From Ignicoccus pacificus DSM 13166 (GTDB lineage Archaea > Thermoproteota > Thermoprotei_A > Sulfolobales > Ignicoccaceae): a stretch of 32,000 nt of DNA. Below are positions 25,753-32,000 of this stretch, piece after piece. The DNA lies in NCBI GenBank assembly GCA_025340205.1, contig CP006868.1, positions 750,001-782,000 of the forward strand, read 5' to 3'. How positions within the stretch are numbered: the stretch's first letter is position 1; every line of letters begins with the position of its first letter. Under the pieces are notes generated by a model. It was not told where the DNA came from and searched no databases. It was given only the letters and a program-made list of their open reading frames with translations. A program made the translations under genes and the position numbers.

Positions 25753-26133
25753 TCTTTCAGAGACCTTCATCCTGGGTCCTATGATATCCACTCGAGTGTT
25801 CAAAATGGGTCCATAGTATCTCTTTATCTTTCTCTTATATAAGATAATTCCCTTACAAGTTACCATCTCGCCATCGCCTAAGAAAAATTCGCGCAGTCCT
25901 TTACATTTACTAAACGTGTTTTGTAGAAGGTGGTAGAGTAAGGTTAGTTCCATAGGCTGCAATATCTTAATCATCTTACCATTATACCAAACTCCCCTCA
26001 TATCGTAGTATTTCCACGAATCTTCTAATCTAACTTCCATATTTCTTCGTGGGAACTCAAGGTATAGCTTAACTTCTTCACTTTCTCCTCTTAGGATCAA
26101 TTCGAAAGGTATACTCATTTTAACTTTTATCAA
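25744..26133 (-). CDS. hypothetical protein (129 aa)
   Basis: ORF reading MIKVKMSIPFELILRGESEEVKLYLEFPRRNMEVRLEDSW..., start overlaps the stop of the upstream flavoprotein gene by 4 nt. Confidence 0.45.
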   Translation of the reverse strand: MIKVKMSIPFELILRGESEEVKLYLEFPRRNMEVRLEDSWKYYDMRGVWYNGKMIKILQPMELTLLYHLLQNTFSKCKGLREFFLGDGEMVTCKGIILYKRKIKRYYGPILNTRVDIIGPRMKVSERSE

Positions 26134-26834
26134 GACATCAACACCTCCCTTATCTTACTCCTTAACTCACTAGGGTCGTGTACTACGATGAAACCCAATC
26201 TCATTACCTTAATTAGATTAAGTACGTCTAATTCATCCATATTCATTTCGACTTCTTCGAAACACGAAATAGCCCCAAAAGGGCACGAGCTCACACATGC
26301 TTCACATCCTATACATTTACTAAGAATTATTCTTCGGTTCCCTTTCACGTTTTCTATGGCTTGGGTGGGACAAACTTCTTGAGGTGGACAAATCTCACAT
26401 TTTAAGCAATTCCTTATCAGACAAGGAAGTGTCGTCTTCTTCACCCAAGGAGCGTCTGTAGGAAGAATTATGCTGGGCGTTTTCGATTTCCTAGCCATAG
26501 CAAAAGTCGTTGTAATCAAATTATCGGCTATTCCATATGCGATCTTGGCTATCGTATTAGCCGTAGCGGGTGCTAAGATTGTGAGGTCATACTTCCTCGA
26601 CATCACACGTCCATAAACGTGAGATAGTGGTTGTGGATCAACTTCCATCTCTCTGTAATAACCACCAGTATATTTTTCGAATATCTTCAAGACACCATAA
26701 AGTCGAGCAACCTCATAACCACTCCGACTAAAGATGACTGTAACTTCGTGCTCTTGAGCTACTTCCTCAAATATCTTGGCAGATTCCCTCATCCATTGAC
26801 CTGCTCCTGTGACTGCCCAGAGTATCTTTGCCAC
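26130..26834 (-). CDS. archaeoflavoprotein AfpA / MJ0208-family, dihydromethanopterin reductase (acceptor)-like; flavodoxin-like domain plus ferredoxin-like cluster domain
   Basis: KILWAVTGAGQWMRESAKIFEEVAQEHEVTVIFSRSGYEVARLYGV...DLTILAPATANTIAKIAYGIADNLITTTFAMARKSKTPSIILPTD...CLKCEICPPQEVCP...CIGCEACVSSCPFGAI. Confidence 0.8.
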   Translation of the reverse strand: MAKILWAVTGAGQWMRESAKIFEEVAQEHEVTVIFSRSGYEVARLYGVLKIFEKYTGGYYREMEVDPQPLSHVYGRVMSRKYDLTILAPATANTIAKIAYGIADNLITTTFAMARKSKTPSIILPTDAPWVKKTTLPCLIRNCLKCEICPPQEVCPTQAIENVKGNRRIILSKCIGCEACVSSCPFGAISCFEEVEMNMDELDVLNLIKVMRLGFIVVHDPSELRSKIREVLMS

Positions 26835-27427
26835 GCTAACACCTCGTAGGTCCTCGAATAACTAAGCTTGCGGCTCTTGAGAGGGTGTATTAGTTTCCTT
26901 GGGGGAATTTTAATTATTTCATTATTTGAGAATCCGGTGATATATACCCTCTTAGCTATAATATTGGCTATCACGATAGCTCTGCTACCGTCACTAAATG
27001 CTGGGACGCATAGAGGTCTGAGAGCGGGGTGTTGTGTGGTTATGATTATCTTAGGATGGGAGAGCGATAGAGGGATTCTCGCTAGGGCTTCAAAGTAGTT
27101 ATCTCCATGAAGATGAAGAAAAACCGTTCCCCCGGAATTCACCGTTCTGACTACGTCCTCGACAGTAGCACCATCTAGATCTGTAACCAAGAGCTCAGGC
27201 ACTTCTTTAATTATCTTTATGGCTCCGTCTACGACCATCTTCGGGCACGAAGTGGTGGGCATGGGCTCATAGGGTCCTATGACCTCTACGCAGCTATAAT
27301 TAGGCAACTCTTTGCGTTCAAAGAGTTGTAATCTCGAGGCTACCTTTCTGTCCCTCTCGATGTCTGCCCCTATCCACTTGAGTATACTTAAACATCGCAC
27401 TCCCCACTCTTGACATAATCCTTGCAT
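26789..27427 (-). CDS. MptE-like / DUF115 6-hydroxymethylpterin pyrophosphokinase-like protein
   Basis: ILKWIGADIERDRKVASRL, KMVVDGAIKIIKEVPELLVTDLDGATVEDVVRTVNSGGTVFLHLHGDNYFEAL, ITTQHPALRPLCVPAFSDGSRAIVIA. Confidence 0.75.
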   Translation of the reverse strand: MQGLCQEWGVRCLSILKWIGADIERDRKVASRLQLFERKELPNYSCVEVIGPYEPMPTTSCPKMVVDGAIKIIKEVPELLVTDLDGATVEDVVRTVNSGGTVFLHLHGDNYFEALARIPLSLSHPKIIITTQHPALRPLCVPAFSDGSRAIVIANIIAKRVYITGFSNNEIIKIPPRKLIHPLKSRKLSYSRTYEVLAWQRYSGQSQEQVNG

Positions 27428-27474
27428 GTCACTAATATAGCGCGTGATAGTCGACCCCCGCGGATGGAGGAATA

Positions 27475-28914
27475 TTGGTGGAGCATACTAAAGCTACTGC
27501 AAAACGAGAGGGGGTAGTTCTAGAAAGTCCCCTCAACAAAGTGAAGGTAGTCGCATTCGGCATTGATAATTCAATAAGTGCTGAAGAAGAGGCTGCAATA
27601 ATGCCACTGTTAAGCAAGGTTTTCGACGTAGCCGTGGATTCTCTCATTGACGACGAGACTTGGATTTACAAACTCAAGGTACCGTTCGAGATAAATCCAG
27701 TAATGACTAAAGCGCTAGGGAGACCTCTAGCCTTGTACGTAGTGCCAAGTCTAGTGGATTCCCTAGGGATCAACATAGCCTCTTCGGTTTACTTAAACCA
27801 CAAGTCTAGAATGAGGAGAATGCTGACTGTAGTAGGGGTGAAGAACCCCAATGATCCCTTCGTAACACTTACAATTGTCTTCAGCACAAAGGATGATAAC
27901 TTAACTAAGGACGAAGTCCAAAAGATTTTAAAGAAGGAAAGGAGCAGAACTAAGAAGTACGTGAACGAAGCCTTGCGCCTTATGGGATTCAATTCCCAAG
28001 TGAAAACTGTCAGGACACCCTTGATCGTCAGAATAGCGAGAGTCTTCAGTTCCGACGAGATAAAGGTACGTGTAGAGGACGGTTCCGATTTGATCGACGT
28101 GACTCTGAAGCTTCGTGAACCGGAATGGGACCTATCAAGCTTTCCCTCATCATTGGTAGAAGATCTTAGAACCTTAGTCATAGAACCAATACTTGAGAAC
28201 AAGCCCTATAGTATAAGGGGGATGATAGTAGCCGGTCCTCCAGGAATGGGGAAGAGCGTACTGGTAGAGGCTATGGCAAAGGAAATGAAGAAGAAGGTAG
28301 TAGATATAGAACCCTCAACGTATAGAAGTATGTGGTATGGTCACACCGAGAAGATTCTACGAAGTGTATTCGAACATCTGAAAAGAAGAAACGACTTGGT
28401 CATACTAATTGACGACGCTGAGTTCTTGATGAGTAGGAACATGGTTACTCATGAAGGCTACGTCTCCGAGATAAGCACTTTCTTGAAGATTTTCCAAGAG
28501 AGGGAAAGACCTTTCATAGCCCTCACTGCGAACTACCCAGAAGTGATAGACCAAGCTCTATTAAGACCTGGAAGAGTTGACTTGCTGGTAGTTATGGGCT
28601 ACCCAGACAAGGAGTTTAGGAGGAAAATAGTGGAGAACACTCTAGGTAGGTACAAAATAAAGGTGAATGATGACATTAAGGAGGACATCGTGAGGTTAAC
28701 TAAATGGTTTAGCGCTGCTGAAATGGACGCCTTCATAAGGATGGCCATAATGAAAGGAAAAGGTACCATAACGCATGACTCTCTCCTATGGGCTAGGAGA
28801 AGGTTTTCCATAGATGAGACCGAAAGGGCTCGTATGCAAGAGAGAACGTTATGGTATCTACAGAAGGTCCAAGGGATGGTTGTAGCCTACGTCAAGAGAC
28901 CAGAGGAGGTGTAA
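27475..28914 (+). CDS. AAA+ ATPase with uncharacterised N-terminal region
   Basis: Walker A VAGPPGMGKSVLVEAMAKEM; Walker B LVILIDDAEFLM; sensor region ALTANYPEVIDQALLRPGRVDLLVVMGYPDKEFRRKIVE. About 230 N-terminal residues unrecognised. Confidence 0.88.
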   Translation: MVEHTKATAKREGVVLESPLNKVKVVAFGIDNSISAEEEAAIMPLLSKVFDVAVDSLIDDETWIYKLKVPFEINPVMTKALGRPLALYVVPSLVDSLGINIASSVYLNHKSRMRRMLTVVGVKNPNDPFVTLTIVFSTKDDNLTKDEVQKILKKERSRTKKYVNEALRLMGFNSQVKTVRTPLIVRIARVFSSDEIKVRVEDGSDLIDVTLKLREPEWDLSSFPSSLVEDLRTLVIEPILENKPYSIRGMIVAGPPGMGKSVLVEAMAKEMKKKVVDIEPSTYRSMWYGHTEKILRSVFEHLKRRNDLVILIDDAEFLMSRNMVTHEGYVSEISTFLKIFQERERPFIALTANYPEVIDQALLRPGRVDLLVVMGYPDKEFRRKIVENTLGRYKIKVNDDIKEDIVRLTKWFSAAEMDAFIRMAIMKGKGTITHDSLLWARRRFSIDETERARMQERTLWYLQKVQGMVVAYVKRPEEV

Positions 28915-28917
28915 TTA

Positions 28918-29106
28918 ATGAGTGTAGTATGGCGGCCCTCCTGGAAGATAGTAACCGTTAACTATCATGGAATAAGGATAAGAGTATTGTTTGATGAGAA
29001 GACCAAGCTCTATGCTTGTCCCTTATGCTTTAAGGGAACACAAGAAGGTAGCTTCTACTTCGATGTAGACTCATTGATTCAGCATATGGTCTCCCATGTA
29101 CGTTAG
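28918..29106 (+). CDS. 62-aa C2H2-like zinc finger protein
   Basis: [32 protein letters not shown] = C-x2-C-x18-H-x4-H; 3-nt gap after the AAA+ gene. Confidence 0.65.
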   Translation: MSVVWRPSWKIVTVNYHGIRIRVLFDEKTKLYACPLCFKGTQEGSFYFDVDSLIQHMVSHVR

Positions 29107-29510
29107 ATCTCCTTTAACCTCTTCACCATCTTGACCGCTGCTTCTACAGCTCTTCTGGCGTACTCCTCTATTCTCTCTGTGGCTTGCTCTCTTGTGGCAT
29201 TAGGTCCTATTATGCCTAGAGCGACGGGCTTCTCATACTCTATAGCTAAGTCCATTAGCTTTCTAGCCGCTTGGCCAGCTACGAGTTCATCGTGATCTGT
29301 TTCACCTTTTATCACTGCACCGAGAACTGCGACGCCGTCTATATCGTCCCTTTTTAGTAGCTTCTTCACGGCTAGAGGTGTTTCAAAGGCACCGGGTACC
29401 ATGACTACCTCTGTCTCCACGCCTAAGAACTTGGCATGAGAAATCGCCTTCTCTTTCATAAGCATTGTTATGTCGTAGTTAAACTCAGCCACAACTATTC
29501 CGATCTTCAA
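29103..29510 (-). CDS. ribH: 6,7-dimethyl-8-ribityllumazine synthase
   Basis: [73 protein letters not shown]. Confidence 0.95.
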   Translation of the reverse strand: MKIGIVVAEFNYDITMLMKEKAISHAKFLGVETEVVMVPGAFETPLAVKKLLKRDDIDGVAVLGAVIKGETDHDELVAGQAARKLMDLAIEYEKPVALGIIGPNATREQATERIEEYARRAVEAAVKMVKRLKEI

Positions 29511-30082
29511 CCTTCACGACCCTCAGACTTGGGTACGAAGACTCTTCTTATACACTCTGGGGGCACATAATCGGTTACTCTAACATACCTCCCTGCTTTG
29601 AATATCTCATGACCATGTCTTTCTAAACATTCACAATCGACCTCAAGTATTTTTATGCAGTTTCCTTTGCGTTTCGCATTCTCTATAGCTTCTTTGAGGC
29701 TCGCAGTTAAGTGCACTTTCTTCCTTCTCATAGGAACTATTCCCTCTTTCATTATCTTAGCAACGACCTCACACGAAGTACCATGATACAGCGTTTTCTC
29801 GCTTGCTTTGGGAAGTTTTACTTCGACGTCAATCGTGTGACCATATCGCGCCCTTATTTTTCCATTCTTTACTTCAAAGCGTCCCTTCTCATCTTTAGAT
29901 ACTACATAAAGTATATCACTAAGCTGTATCCAAGGAAAATACCTTCTCAACTCCTCATACAATCTCTCTATATCTACCCATCCTTCTTTGTCAACAAAAC
30001 CCTTCTTATGACGTAAGAGAAACGTCATCTTCTTACTTATTCTTACGCGGGTTCGTTCATCCATCCTCTCACCTACCAACAC
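29507..30082 (-). CDS. kptA: RNA 2'-phosphotransferase (Tpt1/KptA family)
   Basis: [39 protein letters not shown]-like [56 protein letters not shown]. Confidence 0.9.
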   Translation of the reverse strand: MLVGERMDERTRVRISKKMTFLLRHKKGFVDKEGWVDIERLYEELRRYFPWIQLSDILYVVSKDEKGRFEVKNGKIRARYGHTIDVEVKLPKASEKTLYHGTSCEVVAKIMKEGIVPMRRKKVHLTASLKEAIENAKRKGNCIKILEVDCECLERHGHEIFKAGRYVRVTDYVPPECIRRVFVPKSEGREG

Positions 30083-30098
30083 TTAACTCCTTTATTCA

Positions 30099-30557
30099 TT
30101 GATGTATACGGGAATGGCATTGAGTCAAGACCTCTCCAAGTTAAGGGTCATAGACTTAATAGTGAGGGACCCCGTCACTATTGATTCTGAAGCTTCCATA
30201 GTAGACGTAGCCAACAAGATGATAAAGGAAAAGGTTGGTTCAATCATAGTAACCGTAGATGGCATCCCTAAGGGAATAATAACTGAGGGTGACATAGTTA
30301 AGAAGGTAGTTGCGAAAAACTTGAAACCTTCAGAAGTCAAGGCTAGGGATATAATGTCTACACCTTTACAGTTTGTGCTATATGACGCCACGTTGGAAGA
30401 AGCCGTCCGAATAATGGACGAAAATAATATTTCACATCTTGCTGTCTTCAAGAACGACAAGCTAATTGGCGTAATTACCTCTTCGGACATACTTCATATA
30501 GCACCATCATTAATAGAGTACCTCAAAGTAAGGCCTAGAGGAGGGAAAATTATATGA
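30099..30557 (+). CDS. CBS-domain pair protein
   Basis: VIDLIVRDPVTIDSEASIVDVANKMIKEKVGSIIVTVDGIPKGIITEGDIVKKVV and DIMSTPLQFVLYDATLEEAVRIMDENNISHLAVFKNDKLIGVITSSDIL. Confidence 0.92.
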   Translation: MMYTGMALSQDLSKLRVIDLIVRDPVTIDSEASIVDVANKMIKEKVGSIIVTVDGIPKGIITEGDIVKKVVAKNLKPSEVKARDIMSTPLQFVLYDATLEEAVRIMDENNISHLAVFKNDKLIGVITSSDILHIAPSLIEYLKVRPRGGKII

Positions 30558-31378
30558 GGCCAAGGGTACCTGAGGGTCCTCGCTTCCTAAGATCTGACGG
30601 AACTCCCGACAAGATGACCAGGGTACACAAGGAACAGAAGTGGATCAATGAAACCAAGGAGCCAGAGGTTCTTCATTCCCCCAATGCTCCTCTAAGGAGC
30701 GTCGTGATCGAGCTATTACAATCAAACTTGTTGAACGTGATAGTTGCCGAGGGGGACAAGTACCTAGGGGTGGGTACCCTACCCAAGGTAACGGCTCTCA
30801 TAGCGCTCTGGAGGGATAGAAATACTCCCATCTACAAGATTTTCCTAGAACCCTTAAAGAGATTGGAGGAGCGTGTGCCTCCCATAACTGACGAGATGAA
30901 CGACAAAGACGTAAGTAAACTACTGGATGAAAACGCGTTGATTGACGAATATCCTGTTGTCTCTAATGAGAAGGTAGTAGCCATATTACCAGTCAGGGAG
31001 ATCATCGGTAAGTATTCTCCTAGCGCTCCAAGCGTGCAACTATCTAGTATAGCACAGGAAGTTCCGAAGGTTGGAAGCGTTGGAGAGGCATTACTGGTCA
31101 TGGAAGAGAAGGGTGTGCCAGTAGTGCTCGTTGAAGATAAGGTGTTAGATGCTAGAAGCGTACTAAAGAAGATCTGGGACGAGCGCAGAAAGAGTATCGG
31201 TGAGGTGAGCTTTGATGACGTAGCTACGGAGAACTTTAACTTATTCAAAGCGTCCTTGACTCTTAAGGAGATACTCGAGGAAATAGATCCACATAAGGTC
31301 GATTACATATTAGTAGACGACGACGGAAAGGTGAAGTACGTTCCCCTCGGAAGAGTTGCCTCAAAGCTCCTCCACTAA
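30554..31378 (+). CDS. divergent CBS-domain-like protein
   Basis: 274 aa with CBS-like segments (SNLLNVIVAEGDKYLGVGTLPKVTAL; ENALIDEYPVVSNEKVVAILPVREI; GSVGEALLVMEEKGVPVVLVEDKVLDA); start overlaps preceding stop. Confidence 0.6.
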   Translation: MRPRVPEGPRFLRSDGTPDKMTRVHKEQKWINETKEPEVLHSPNAPLRSVVIELLQSNLLNVIVAEGDKYLGVGTLPKVTALIALWRDRNTPIYKIFLEPLKRLEERVPPITDEMNDKDVSKLLDENALIDEYPVVSNEKVVAILPVREIIGKYSPSAPSVQLSSIAQEVPKVGSVGEALLVMEEKGVPVVLVEDKVLDARSVLKKIWDERRKSIGEVSFDDVATENFNLFKASLTLKEILEEIDPHKVDYILVDDDGKVKYVPLGRVASKLLH

Positions 31379-31820
31379 GCTATGTTTTATCTGTGATGCT
31401 ATGTTAGGTAAATTAGCAAGATATCTCAGAATTCTAGGTTATGATACAATATTCACTGAAGAAGAAGATAACAAAATACTTGATATTTATAGAAGCAAGA
31501 ACTGTGTCTTATTAACTAGAGATAAACTCTTATGTGAGAGAGCCGGAAGATATTGTTTCTTCATTAAGTCAAGTAATATTGGGGAACAGCTGATGCAACT
31601 AGCTATGGACATCGGTGTGAAGCTATGTCTACCGAAGGAGCCCATTAGATGTACTATCTGTAATGCTCCTCTGACTAAGCTAGGATACGTTGAAAAGCAT
31701 GGAATGGTATGGAGGTGTCCAAGGTGTGGCCAACATTACTGGTATGGCTCTCACATTATAAATATAGAGAAATTCTTGTCAAGCACTAGGAAGAGATTAT
31801 CTTTACTAAATGAATGTTAG
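31356..31820 (+). CDS. Mut7-C RNase-domain protein with zinc ribbon
   Basis: CFICDAMLGKLARYLRILGYDTIFTEEEDNKILDIYRSKNCVLLTRDKLLCERA... plus IRCTICNAPLTKLG...MVWRCPRCGQHYWYGSHI. Confidence 0.9.
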   Translation: MPQSSSTKLCFICDAMLGKLARYLRILGYDTIFTEEEDNKILDIYRSKNCVLLTRDKLLCERAGRYCFFIKSSNIGEQLMQLAMDIGVKLCLPKEPIRCTICNAPLTKLGYVEKHGMVWRCPRCGQHYWYGSHIINIEKFLSSTRKRLSLLNEC

Positions 31821-31886
31821 GATCGGTCAACCCAACGTCGCTCATCAAAAACTCGCTCACTGGCGGTCTCCTCATCTCCTCACGTC

Positions 31887-32000
31887 TCACTTCCTCCTTC
31901 TCTGCCTTCTTTGTTGTGCCTCAACGGCCCACACGCTTACTCCTAGCAACCTTTTCATAACTTCACTTAGGAACCTCACGTAGTTACCCTTCTGTCCCAC
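31887..32000 (-). CDS. C-terminal fragment of an unidentified basic protein (partial; start outside window)
   Basis: Minus frame open to the window edge: ...VGQKGNYVRFLSEVMKRLLGVSVWAVEAQQRRQRRRK*; short, so only weak support. Confidence 0.35.
   Translation of the reverse strand: MGQKGNYVRFLSEVMKRLLGVSVWAVEAQQRRQRRRK

Noticed and set aside
27789-28811. Minus-strand ORFs 27789..28202 and 28599..28811
   Set aside because: Antisense to the AAA+ ATPase coding sequence; typical shadow ORFs.
30125-31248. Minus-strand ORFs 30125..30490 and 30832..31248
   Set aside because: Antisense to CBS-domain genes; translations are Ser/Thr-rich and featureless.

Overview
The 32 kb window looks like ordinary chromosomal DNA from a hyperthermophilic crenarchaeote (inference from TBP, Rpo4, crenarchaeal-type OB-fold SSB, L44e, type 2 IPP isomerase, tRNA-Ala and an unlinked 5S rRNA). 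It is densely coding, with many 1-60 nt overlaps and frequent TTG/GTG starts. I found no CRISPR array, transposon, integrase, provirus block or recognisable defence island, and no clearly new multi-gene system. Best second-look items: (a) a 143-aa protein resembling a stand-alone palm/nucleotide-cyclase-like domain (6485..6916); (b) an AAA+ ATPase with an uncharacterised N-terminal half, followed 3 nt later by a 62-aa C2H2-like protein (27475..29106); (c) a pterin-linked cluster of MptE-like, AfpA/DmrB-like flavoprotein-ferredoxin and an unknown 129-aa protein (25744..27427); (d) an Alg14-Alg13-like fused glycosyltransferase (5300..6253); (e) a radical SAM/SPASM protein without an obvious partner (15069..16073); (f) a CBS / degenerate CBS / Mut7-C gene cassette (30099..31820); (g) a 5S rRNA promoter overlapping the upstream gene's stop codon; (h) duplicated TATA elements before a probably leaderless tbp gene; (i) a 36-aa ORF with a Shine-Dalgarno-like site that the ORF track missed (2872..2982).
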